Source: an uncultured Nitrospinota bacterium | Lineage (GTDB): Bacteria; Tectomicrobia; Entotheonellia; J063; CAVPRW01 | DNA length: 64,000 nt | Reading direction: 5' to 3' | Assembly (NCBI GenBank): GCA_963707985.1 | Contig: CAVPRW010000027.1 | Location: 128,001 to 192,000 of the forward strand | Shown: positions 42,939 through 53,099 of the stretch, piece after piece | Position numbering within the stretch: position 1 is the first letter of the stretch | Layout: the number at the start of each line of letters is the position of its first letter | Position numbers and translations under genes: made by a program | Notes under the pieces: model-generated | Told to the model about the DNA's origin: nothing | Seen by the model: the letters and a program-made list of their open reading frames with translations, nothing else | Database searches by the model: none

Positions 42939-43694
42939 ATGGGCAGGCTTGATGGGAAAGTGGGGCTGATCAGTGGGGGGGCCCGCGGGCAAGGGGCCAC
43001 GGAGGCGAAGTTTTTTGCGCGAGAAGGAGCCAAGGTCGTGGTGGGCGACATCTTGGATGAGTTGGGACAGAAGGTTGAGGCCGAGATCCGCGCCGCTGGC
43101 GGTGAGGCGACGTACGTCCACCTGGACGTGACCGACGAGGAACAGTGGCGCGCCGCAGTTGCGACCGCCGTGCAGCGCTATGGCAAGCTGGACGTCCTGG
43201 TGAATAACGCTGGAATTTTGTTGCGCCGGTCCATCGAGGCGATGACGGTCGAAGAATGGGACCGCATCATGGCGGTGAACTTGAAGGGGGTCTTTCTGGG
43301 GACGAAAACAGCCATTCCCGCCATGCGACGCGCCGGAGGCGGCTCCATCATCAATATTTCCTCGACGGCGGGGCTGGTCGGGAGCCCTGGAGAGACCGCG
43401 GCCTACATCGCCACGAAAGGTGGCGTGCGCCTGTTCACCAAGGCGACGGCGATCCAGCATGCCAAGGACAACATCCGCTGTAACTCCGTCCATCCTGGGC
43501 CCGTGGCCACCGACATGATCCGCGATACGTTGGAAAACCCGGACCTGTGGGCGCAACGCCTGCGACGGTTACCGATGGGGCGGGCTGCCACCCCAGAAGA
43601 CATCGCGTATGGGGTTCTGTTCCTCGCCTCTGATGAGTCATCGTATATGACGGGGAGCGAACTCGTCATCGATGGCGGTACCACGGCGGAGTAG
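42939..43694 (+). CDS. SDR family oxidoreductase
   Basis: SGGARGQG, VNNAG, YIATK, GSELVIDGG. Confidence 0.93.
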   Translation: MGRLDGKVGLISGGARGQGATEAKFFAREGAKVVVGDILDELGQKVEAEIRAAGGEATYVHLDVTDEEQWRAAVATAVQRYGKLDVLVNNAGILLRRSIEAMTVEEWDRIMAVNLKGVFLGTKTAIPAMRRAGGGSIINISSTAGLVGSPGETAAYIATKGGVRLFTKATAIQHAKDNIRCNSVHPGPVATDMIRDTLENPDLWAQRLRRLPMGRAATPEDIAYGVLFLASDESSYMTGSELVIDGGTTAE

Positions 43695-43952
43695 ACGAGC
43701 TGTTAGTCAGACCAACGAGACATGAGACTATGCACAGTGGGGTGAGAGAACACCTCATAGGGCGCTCTTTCGCCCTGACAGGCGATCGAGAAAGGAGTAG
43801 GCTCCATAACGATCCTGGTCATCTTGCCCTGCTGTGCCCATCCTATTTACTTGCACAGAAAACATGCTACGCTACTGAGGAAATTGCCGCCATTCTTTAC
43901 CTCCCAGACCATGGCGCCAAGAACCTCGCAATTCAGCGAAAGGAGGAGCCAG

Positions 43953-44255
43953 GTGCTCAAGGCCCACGATTTCGTGGAGGCCCGCCTGTACAATAGCGAG
44001 GAAGATGTGATTCAGGATGCCCTGCGTCACTTGCTCCGCGCCCGCCCTGAGCTGCGTATCCAGCTGGCCATTCATCGCTACCAGACAGAGAAACTCTCCC
44101 TGGCAAAGGCCGCCAACCTCGCTGGTGTCAGCTGGGCTCAGATGAAAGACATAGTACTGGAACGCGGCGTTCAGCCTCGACTAGGCCCAGAAACCCTGGA
44201 GGAGGCCGAGAAAGAAGCCCAGTCCCTGCGAGATTACTTTCAGACCCAACCATGA
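43953..44255 (+). CDS. UPF0175-family antitoxin-like protein
   Basis: LAIHRYQTEKLSLAKAANLAGVS; AGGAGGAG RBS before GTG. Confidence 0.8.
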   Translation: MLKAHDFVEARLYNSEEDVIQDALRHLLRARPELRIQLAIHRYQTEKLSLAKAANLAGVSWAQMKDIVLERGVQPRLGPETLEEAEKEAQSLRDYFQTQP

Positions 44256-44764
44256 GCGTCATCGCTAACACCACGGTGATCTCGAATTTTTCCAGCATCA
44301 ATCACCTCGACCTGCTACGCCGACTCTTTGGTGCGCTGTACCTCTCGACTGAGGTCTATGAAGAGATTCGGATTGGGCTAGAGGAAGGCTACCAGTTTTA
44401 CGCTGGTATTGACCAGATGATTCATCCCTTCGTTCACGATGGGTGGATACGATTGACCAGCATGGCTGATCAAGCAGAGATAGCTCTGTATGGCGAGTTG
44501 CCATCCCGCTTGCACAGGGGAGAAGCGTCGTGTTTGGTCATTGCCCGACACCGTGGTTGGATGCTGCTTACCGACGACCGCGCCGCCCGCGATGAGGGTA
44601 ATCGCCTAGGTATCATGGTCTCGGGTTCGGTGGGATGTTTGGTTCTGGCCGTTGAGCGTGGACTTTGGACCCTGGAACAAGCGAATGTCTGGTTGGGTGA
44701 GATGATCCGTCAGGGCTACCGCTCTCCAGTCAACGATTTGACGTCGCTGCTCAAGCGCACCTGA
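44252..44764 (+). CDS. DUF3368-type PIN-domain protein
   Basis: IANTTVISNF, LHRGEASCL, LLTDDRAAR, GSVGCL. Confidence 0.85.
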   Translation: MSVIANTTVISNFSSINHLDLLRRLFGALYLSTEVYEEIRIGLEEGYQFYAGIDQMIHPFVHDGWIRLTSMADQAEIALYGELPSRLHRGEASCLVIARHRGWMLLTDDRAARDEGNRLGIMVSGSVGCLVLAVERGLWTLEQANVWLGEMIRQGYRSPVNDLTSLLKRT

Positions 44765-44858
44765 CTTTTGCGTAAGTGAGCGATGCTCATCCCAGGCAGG
44801 GCTCGTGGGCATCATCGATCTCGCCTATCTTGATGGTGGAAGAGAATGGGAACCGAAA

Positions 44859-45287
44859 ATGGACGTGACAACGCTCGCAAAGGAGTTGGCGGTCTTTCTC
44901 ATCCCATTCTTGCCTTATTTGTTAAAAGCAGGTGAGAAGGCTGCTGAGGAAGCTGGAAAGAAATTAGGTAGTGATGCATGGGACCGAGCTAAGGGTCTGT
45001 GGGCAAAACTGCGCCCGAAGGTGGAGGCCAAACCTGCTGCTCAGGAGGCTGTGCAGGATGCCGCCGTAGCGCCGAACGACGACGATATCCAGGCCGCCCT
45101 TCGTCTGCAGTTGAGAAAACTCCTGACTGAGGATGCCGGGCTCGCCAGGGAAATCGAGCGATTATGGCAAGAGGCGCAACAAGCAGGCATAACCGTCATC
45201 GCGGCCGGTGAACGTAGCGTGGCCATCGGTCGGGATGTTACCAGCAGCACTATCATTACCGGCGATCAGAATGTGGTCAAACCATAG
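44859..45287 (+). CDS. Bell-like helical effector with a C-terminal amyloid-signalling (BASS-type) motif
   Basis: Hydrophobic N-helix LAVFLIPFLPYLL, helical body, C-tail AAGERSVAIGRDVTSSTIITGDQN. Confidence 0.75.
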   Translation: MDVTTLAKELAVFLIPFLPYLLKAGEKAAEEAGKKLGSDAWDRAKGLWAKLRPKVEAKPAAQEAVQDAAVAPNDDDIQAALRLQLRKLLTEDAGLAREIERLWQEAQQAGITVIAAGERSVAIGRDVTSSTIITGDQNVVKP

Positions 45288-45311
45288 CATAACGGGCTAT
45301 GCGGGAGGTCC

Positions 45312-46278
45312 ATGGCGATGCCACCGGCCACGGTCTGCGTCTTCGTCAGTTCCACCTGGCTTGACTTGCAACCGGAGCGGAATGCAGTAGAGGCCGCGCT
45401 GCAGCGGTTGCGAGAGACGAAGTTCGTGGGCATGGAGTATTTTGGCAGTCGGGATGAAAGCACGCACCATGCCTCTCTGGACGAAGTCGACCGCAGCCAG
45501 GTATACGTAGGCATCTTCGGCGGACGCTACGGCTCTGGCATCACCGAGGCTGAATACCGCCGGGCGCGTGAGCGAGATTTGACCTGCTTCATCTATTTCA
45601 AGGATGAGGCAAACATTCCGGCTGAGGGGCGCGAGACCGACCCAAAACAGGCCAACCAGCTGGCCGCGCTGAAAGAAGAACTCCGTCGCCTCTACACTAT
45701 CCCCACCTTCACAACCCCCGATGACATAGCTGCGAAGATGACGGCCGACCTGCACCGCTGGCTCTTTGATGAATACCTGGCCTCTCAGTTGGAAAAGGCA
45801 GCGCGGGGAGACATTCCCCGTGAAAGGGCTCAAGCGCTGCTCACGGCGATCACGGATCTGAGTGCGCTGAGCCAGAACCTGCTGGCACGGCTGCGAGAGG
45901 TAGGATACGTCAAGGCTCAGGGTGAGCGGAGCATCGCGATAGGCGGAGATGTCACTGGCAGTACCGTTATGACTGGCGATCGATACATCGTGCACATCGG
46001 TGGGGATCATCCACGCGCTCTTTCCCCTGAGGAACGTCAGAAAAAATTGACGGAGTACCGCCAGCGCGTGGTGCGAGAGAATCATTTCGTGAACTTTCGT
46101 GGCATTCCGCTGCCACGCGATCGATCTGGGCGCCCAGTGCCGCTCCAGATGCCGCTGGACAACGTGTATATTCGCCTTCAAGCCACTGAGGAGCAACGCA
46201 GTCGATCCTAGGAGGAGATCGAACGTAACCGCGTTGAAGCACAGGTTCGCGCGCAGGCAGAACATTGCACTCTTAGAC
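45312..46278 (+). pseudogene. DUF4062 + amyloid motif + pre-NACHT region; truncated NLR-like gene (TAG at 46209, cut by IS630)
   Basis: [59 protein letters not shown]...[10 protein letters not shown]. Confidence 0.75.
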
Positions 46279-47524
46279 CTAGTGGTCCGTCCACTTGTTT
46301 TTGACAGGTTCCAAAATCGGGTACAGTCGTTTGAGTTTCACACGGGCGTCAGCGGTGGTGAACTGCCAGTTAACTTTCACCTGCGCAGCGTTCCGGGCGC
46401 TTTGCCAGGCAGCGACTTCGCTTGTTCACGTGGGGAAGTCTGGGATGCGGCGGTCGAGGCATTGTCCCCGCACCACCCCCAATTCGATTTCCGCCATGTT
46501 GAGCCAACTGCCGTGCTTCGGCGTGTAATGTACCTCCAGCTTGTTGATCAGCCGTCGAGCTTCCTCCGGCGGGAACGCCTCATACAGCGAGGCCAGTTGA
46601 TGCGTGTTCAGGTTGTCCTGCACCAGCACGATTGTCTCGGCACTGGGATAGCTGACGTCCACCAGGTGTTGGATCGCCTCGGCATCATCCACGGCAGTGC
46701 GCCGCTCTGTCACCAGGACCTCGCGCCGGCCGGCCAGCGGCTCGAACATCATGAACAGGTTCCCCGTGCCATGGCGTTCGTACTCATAGTCGATGCGCTC
46801 CGGGCGTCCGGGGGCCGCCGGGAGCGGCGTGCGGACTTCCTGCACCAATTGCTTGGTCCCTTCATCAAAGCACATCAGCGGCCGCTGCGCATCATACGGT
46901 CGCTGATACACCTCCAGGATATCTTCCATCGCACAGACGAACTCGGCGTTTGCCTCCGGCGGAATGACCCATTGCTCCTTCAGCCAGGGCTTGAGGTCAT
47001 TTTTTTGAGCGTTTGTCGCACGGTTTCGCGCCCGATGGACTCCACACGCTCGAGTTCGACCAGCTTGTCCGCCAGCAGACGCAGCGTCCAGGACGCGCGC
47101 CCCTCCGGCGCCTGGCTGCACGCCATGGCCACGAGACGGGCTTCCTGTGCGCCGTCGAGTGTGCGTGGCTTCGTGCGGGCGGGCGGTTGGCGGGCCAGGG
47201 CAGCATCCAGCCCGACCTCGACGAACCGCTGGCGCAACCGATGGATGGTGGACATCCCGACCTCGAACGCGTCAGTGATCTGCCCGTCAGGCCAGTTCGG
47301 GCCATCAACATCGGCTTTCAGCAGCATTCGTGCCCGCAGCGCCTTGTCCCGGGCCACGCGCGGCCCCACCACCAACTGCTGGAGGGTGTGGCGTTCCTCG
47401 TCGGTCCACCGGACGATGTACTTGGCTTCCTTGCCCATGGCTCGCTCCTTCCTCAGGTTCCAATGTGGAGCGATGTATCGCATAATGGGCCAAAGCTGTC
47501 AAAACAAAATGGATACCCCACTAG
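46279..47524 (-). mobile_element. IS630-family element (two ORFs, A7 slippery site near 47000, in-frame TGA at 46426)
   Basis: CTAG at both ends; imperfect IRs; FVCAMEDILEVY, DYEYERHGT, HYTPKHGSWLNMAEIEL. Confidence 0.92.
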
Positions 47525-49028
47525 CCATTAGTTTCGCGCCCTACGCTGCAAGAGGTAAAGCATGGTCGGGCTCCTCATGATTTTCGGCCAGATCGGGGGT
47601 AAACCGTGGTATGGGAAAAATTCCGGCGTCGTGCAGGGCCTCACGACAGGCCCACACCACGTCCAGTTGGCTGGGGGCAACCTTCTGTCTGTACCACGGC
47701 CGATAGCGGCACAGATTGACACTCGTGCGCGCTCGACTTGGTCGAGAAACCACAGCGTGCGGGCCGCTGCCATGACCAAACGGAACGTGTTGGCGCCGAT
47801 GATGCGTTGCCGTTTCCGGCACTGATCTTGCCCCAGTCCATCGAAGGCATTGGCGTCGCGAATTTCAATTTCCACCGCCCAGCGGTCGCCATACTCGCTC
47901 AAGATCGCGTCGGTGCTCAACGTCAGATCGGTGGTGAAAAAGGCCTCGACCGGCGGGGGTGGCTTTCGTTGCCCGGGCTGTTTGGGGCAGCGAGTGGCAT
48001 CGCGTCGCACCACCACGACCCGCACGAGGCGCCCGGGCAACACCGAGTGCCACAGCCCACACCAGGCTTGGACCTCGGCGCCCGCTTCGCTGGGGTGAGG
48101 CGCCCAGCCCGTCGCGGTCTGGGCCAGGGTCTTGGGCGAGCCGATCAGGTCGCCTTTTTTGCGCGGGGCGCCGCGGCGCTTGTGCGTCGGCGTGGGCGGC
48201 AACGTGTAGAGCTTGGCGCTGATCGGGAAGCGGCCGACGACGTGGGCCGAATCGGGCAACTGACGGACATAGTCCTTCGTGGCATAGCCACCGTCGGCCA
48301 GGCTCCGGATGTGACGCCCGGGCAACTGCTCGGCACAAAATCGAGGATATCACGAGCCAACTGACTTCGGGAACGATACGGCACGTTGAGCTTGTGGGCT
48401 TGCTCGGGTTTGAGGTAGAGTTCGAGGCCAACCGGGACGCTGAGGCGATGGCCGGGCCAGCGCTTGAGGGGAAGCGGCATGATGCCCAAGACGAAGTTCA
48501 AGCCCCGAAGCGTCCGGTATTCTTGTCGGGCGGAGCCGGCGCCATTGCGGTAGCGGCCGATGCCTTCGATCTGGCGGCCGGCTTTTTTCTTGGTCGTATC
48601 GTCGAAGACGACCCGAATGACCTCGCCGTCGGGGACAAACTGGGCGGCCAGGCGGATGACAGCGCCCCAGAGTTGCCATCGTCGGTCGTAGAGGGGGCAA
48701 CCGAGGAAGACATAGAATCGTGAAAAGTGCTTGACGGCGGTGGCCCGGTGAGCCACAGATAGGTGGTGATGGTGTGACGGTCACGGGCCAAGGCCCAGCC
48801 ACAGGCCAGGTAGGTGAACGTTTGCCACGACGGGGCGGTAAAGAGGCCGTGAAACAGGGTCATGACAAAGATTCCAAATGACGAGTGCACAAAGGTGTCC
48901 ACGGCAATATCCTCCGGAAAGAGAGTCTGTCATGTCAGATGACTCATCTTACCGGAATTGATGTTGCCGTGGCACTCTCATAGGCTGAACCCCCAACATG
49001 GGTGGAAAATCGCGAAACTAATGGCTAG
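47521..49028 (-). mobile_element. IS701-like element (frameshifted transposase)
   Basis: Perfect 18-bp IR including CTAG: CTAGCCATTAGTTTCGCG / CGCGAAACTAATGGCTAG; FDDTTKKKAG, LADGGYA, YGDRWAVEIEIRD. Confidence 0.85.
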
Positions 49029-49057
49029 CGTATTGGCGTAAATAAGGAGATACAGCA

Positions 49058-49276
49058 ATGACCTCGCATCGACGCTATCGCTGTCGGTTCCGCAGCGTCC
49101 TACTGCCCGCCTGGCTGCCGGTGGCGAAGCGGCCCGAGGCGTCGATGTTGCTGTATCACCTGAGCCAGCGCCATCCCGACCAGGTGGGACCGTACCTGGA
49201 GCGGATGCGGACCGAATGTATCACCACGGTGGTGGCCGAGGCCTTCGAGGCGGTCGAGGAGGACGAGACGCAGTGA
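49058..49276 (+). CDS. Small hypothetical protein
   Basis: AAGGAG RBS; 72 aa. Confidence 0.55.
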   Translation: MTSHRRYRCRFRSVLLPAWLPVAKRPEASMLLYHLSQRHPDQVGPYLERMRTECITTVVAEAFEAVEEDETQ

Positions 49277-49539
49277 GGGCTGATACTCACTGTCATGGCG
49301 CGAGCTCCTGAGACATGAGTCACCAGCCGCTCGGCTATCGACTGATGTTGAGCTTGGTGCTACCGATGGCCTGTCTCACCAGGACCGAAGCCCACCGGTC
49401 TAGATGTCACCGCTGGCACTCCTGTGCCTCCGACCACGGCGCCCATACCGATGGTGATCTCGGCTACTGAACGAGAACATCACACGGTCGCAGTGATTGA
49501 CGTTCGAAGATTACGGTACTGTCACGGTAAAGTTGACGT

Positions 49540-50330
49540 AGACTGATATCCTCTCCCGTACGAAGAGGGCGAGATCGTCGTCGAAGACGGTAGCTGCTGG
49601 GGTGGAAGGGTCGACCCATCCACGAGTCCACAGCCGATCCACTGATAATCGGGCAGCAGCCAATTGACGTAGAGGCGTCATCACCGCGCGCGAAGAGCCG
49701 AGGTTACCACTCAGCACGGTAGCGGCCGGGGCGGACGGGGTGAGCGGCGACCGGGGACAAGGCTCCAGCCGGTCCACTGGTACTGGGGAAAAGCCAGTTC
49801 ACATACAGCTGGTAATCGGTGCCGCGCACGAAGAGCGCCAGGTATCCTGATCGACGGTGGCCGCCGGGCCGACGGAGAGAACCCACTACCGGGCACAACG
49901 CCCCAGCCGGTCCATTGATCATTGGGGAGCAGCCAGTTCACATAGAGACGGTGATCGGTGCCCCGCACAAAGAGCCCGAGGTTACCCTGATAGACAGTAG
50001 CAGCCGGGGCGCGACGGGGTGAAGCCGCACCCGGGACAAGACCCCAGCCGGTCCACTGATTGCTGGGCAACAGCCAATTCACGTACAGGTGGTCATCGGT
50101 GCCCCGCACAAAGAGCGCCGAGGTTACCATGAGGACGGTAGCAGCGGGAGAGGACGGGCGTGAAGCCCGCCGCCGGAAAGCACAGCGCCATGCGGTCTGG
50201 AAGTTCACATCCACGTACAGGTGCCCACGATCTGGCCGAGGAGGTTGATCGCCGCACTCGGGGGTAGTCGAGGTCGCCCCCGGGACATCGAGGGGCGTGA
50301 AGGTGCCTTTGTCGAAGAGAAAGCCGTGTT
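49540..50330 (-). pseudogene. Decayed beta-propeller lectin-like repeat gene fused to a HAF-type repeat fragment
   Basis: ~120-bp units encoding PAATV..GNL.LFVRGTD..LYVNWLLP.NQWTGWG.VPG; upstream HGFLFDKGTFTPLDVPGATST. Confidence 0.7.
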
Positions 50331-51391
50331 GCGAGGGAGGGCAAGCCGGTCCGCGTCGCGTCAGTAGCCGACGAGCTGACTGGAGGTGCTGCAGCAATAT
50401 CGAGCGTGAGATATGGTCGCCTTCGGGAATAGGCTGAAGCTTCGCTATCAGCGAAACCACTGTGGACCGAAGGAAGATTGCGCAATGAGTAATGTTGTTG
50501 GCACCAATAGGTTAGCACAAAAGCTAGACACTCGATGAAGTGGAACTGCTCAACAGCCGGATATTATCATATTGAATAGCTGCTTGGATCACCGCAAAAT
50601 CCACGCTACACACGAAGGGACGACCGCTTAAGGGAGTTGCACGTATCAGCGGCAGCGATGAGACCAGAGTTATCTTTACACGGTTCTCGCCAGACATCGG
50701 AAACGGTACTTGTCCCCCAGTAAACGACGCTGCCTGCATGGTGAAGAAACAGGTGGACGTGGTGAATGATCGGCGCGTGTCACGGTGGTAGGGTATAGAG
50801 GCCGCCGGTAAGGTAATGGTACACGCCCATTCGCATGGCGCAATTAGGTAGCGGTGCAGGCAAGCACGTAGGGGGAATTGCGGCAGCGGTAGCCTAGCCC
50901 CAGTCGTGAGCCACGGCTTCAGCGTGCTCCCGTCGAGCATACTCATGCGATAAGCTCTTGGGGGGGCGCATAGACATGGTGGGTTGATAACGCTGGTAGC
51001 ACCACGAGCAAGCATCGTGCCATGCTGGAATACCTGAGGACCGATGCGGCTTTCCGCTAGGATTCCCACGCCAGTAGGTGTAGGTGCTCGTGGGGTAACA
51101 CGACCCACAACTGGACAAAAGATCCCACAATCAGAATACACAGGAGCCGTAGGGCGAACCACTTGAGTGAGCAGATACGGTCGGAGCACTCGATCCGTAG
51201 TGCCGGAAATAGCCTGTTAAGTCGTATCGCAGCGCCACTGCTATAGGTTCAATAGTGATCTCTGGCAGTGACCGCTAATTGCAGATCCAGCGGCTGCAAG
51301 AACTGATGAGGCAGTTTGGCACTCTTGTGAGACGTAAATCACAGGCTACTAGGAGGTGATATACGACCTTAGTCACTTTCCGGTCGACCCC

Positions 51392-51478
51392 GATCCGCCG
51401 AACGTGACGCATGAAGCTCTCTTCGTCAGACTCCAGCGCGAGGCCCGCGAGGTCAAGCGCGGCTTGTGGGGACCGTAA
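51392..51478 (+). pseudogene. C-terminal fragment of a thermonuclease (SNase) gene
   Basis: DPPNVTHEALFVRLQREAREVKRGLWGP*. Confidence 0.65.
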
Positions 51479-52175
51479 CGAATAGCATGGCTCTGCCCCT
51501 GGGCCGAGACAAGAGCTGTCCCGCATAGCTCCTGCCAGCCTAGCGGCCGGTGCCGTCGATGACACCGCATACGTGAGCCGAGGCGCAACAGTGTCCAGAA
51601 GGACGGAGGCAAGGCCTCGATCGTCCGATCCCTTCTTTGGGCATGCGCAAAAGTCGAACCAGACCCCGACGCACATGGAATACCCATCTTTTCACACCAC
51701 CGCCCTGTACCCCACTCAAAAGGCGCCCAGGCCACGCGCCAGGGGCAACAACCCCAGTCGTCCCACGCTCAGTTACCACCCCAGGCCTCATCTCACCATG
51801 ATGCCACGAGGGTCACCCCAGCCAGAAATCGATCGGGCCAGTCGACCATGGCGCCGAGGCGGCTGCAAATCCTGCAACTTCTGGATGCATCTTGACCACC
51901 GCGATCAAGTATGTGATCCATCGCGCCCAGATAGTTGCCACGCCGTGCGACATCGATGTGATCGTCGTCACCAGCATCAGATTCTTGCCCTCAGTTGCAA
52001 CGATCGCATCAGCCTGAAGGCATCCCAGGGATCAGTGTGTTCGTCGCGTGGTCGGGCCGCTCGTGGGCATCGTCGATCCCCCCTTTGCGACGCGGGGATT
52101 GTCGAACCACATCGCGATCCGCATAGAAGGTCCGATGGTTTGCACCGACCGCCCTGTGCTCCACCGGACAAGCGC

Positions 52176-53099
52176 TTATGCCCCCGCGGCACGCTCGGCG
52201 GCCGCCTCGCCCTTGGTCTGGGGCGCTGCTCCGGACACGGCGTGCGGCTGGGGGGCCACGGTGCCCTGGCGCGTGGCCCAGGCCTGCGTGAACTCGGCGC
52301 CGAAGAACACGATCAGGGCCGAGTAATAGACCCACACGAGGAGCACCACCATCGACCCGGCCGCGCCGTAGGCCGAGCCGACGCTTGCCTGGCCGAGGTA
52401 ATAGCCGATCGCCGTCTTGCCGAGGGTGAAGAGCACTGCCGTGACGAATCCGCCCAGCCACACGTCGCGCCAGCGAATCTCGGCGTCCGGCACGTATGTA
52501 AAAAAGAGGGCAAACATGAGCGTGAGGACCGCCAGCGACACGACGATCTCCAGGAGGCGGCTCATGACCGTCTGCTCCGGGCCCTGGAACAGGGCGGAGG
52601 CCCCCGCCAGGGCGGCACTGACGACGAGGGAGACGACGAGCAGGAACGCCAGCGCGAAGACGAGGCCCAGCGAGAAGAGGCGCGCTTTGAGCCAGGCCCA
52701 AAGCCCGGCCCAGGCCCCACGGGTCGGGGCGGGCTGGACCTCCCAGATCAGGTTCATCGTCGTCTGGAGCTCGCCGAAGACCGCCGTGGCGCCGATGACC
52801 AGGGTGACGAGGCCGACGACGGTCGCCCACGTGCCCCCCTCCGGACTCGTGGTGGTGAGAATGCTATTGACGAGTTCACGGCCGGCCGAGCCCATGAGGC
52901 TTTCGAGCTGGGCCGCGAGCTGACCGGCCACCTGTTCCCGCCCGAGCACCATTCCGGTCACGCCGACCAGGAGCAGCACCAGCGGTGCCAATGACAAGGC
53001 GGTGTAGTACGCGAGGGACGCCGCCAGCCTCAAGCAGTTGTCCTCCCACCAGTCCTGCGCGGCATGTATGGTGACGCTCCAGAGACGCTTGATCGGCAT
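52176..53099 (-). CDS. YihY/virulence factor BrkB family membrane protein
   Basis: LAASLAYYTALSLAP, YGAAGSMVVLLVWVYYS. Confidence 0.93.
   Translation of the reverse strand: MPIKRLWSVTIHAAQDWWEDNCLRLAASLAYYTALSLAPLVLLLVGVTGMVLGREQVAGQLAAQLESLMGSAGRELVNSILTTTSPEGGTWATVVGLVTLVIGATAVFGELQTTMNLIWEVQPAPTRGAWAGLWAWLKARLFSLGLVFALAFLLVVSLVVSAALAGASALFQGPEQTVMSRLLEIVVSLAVLTLMFALFFTYVPDAEIRWRDVWLGGFVTAVLFTLGKTAIGYYLGQASVGSAYGAAGSMVVLLVWVYYSALIVFFGAEFTQAWATRQGTVAPQPHAVSGAAPQTKGEAAAERAAGA

Noticed and set aside
15603..46211. In-frame TAG codons in SET (15603), relE (25789) and the DUF4062 gene (46209) suggesting amber recoding or pyrrolysine
   Set aside because: Intact genes here end in TAG at their natural C-termini (9894, 27775, 43694, 45287), and no pyl genes or suppressor tRNA are seen. 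Point mutation (e.g. TAT>TAG in relE) is simpler.
4853..47524. Diversity-generating retroelement as the source of the adenine-biased changes
   Set aside because: No reverse transcriptase or TR/VR pair is present. The changes include both A>C and T>G on coding strands and are not A>N randomisation.
49540..50330. Regularly spaced repeats as a CRISPR array
   Set aside because: The units are ~120-bp coding repeats without unique spacers, and no cas genes are present.
50524..51189. 221-aa minus-strand ORF in a lower-GC patch
   Set aside because: No recognisable motif, RBS or partner, and the coding strand could not be determined.
5177..52994. Long ORFs 5177-6520(-), 8686-9633(-), 34038-35366(-), 37501-38520(+), 46099-47580(+), 51573-52994(+)
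   Set aside because: They are antisense shadows of recognisable genes in GC-rich DNA and have no motifs of their own.
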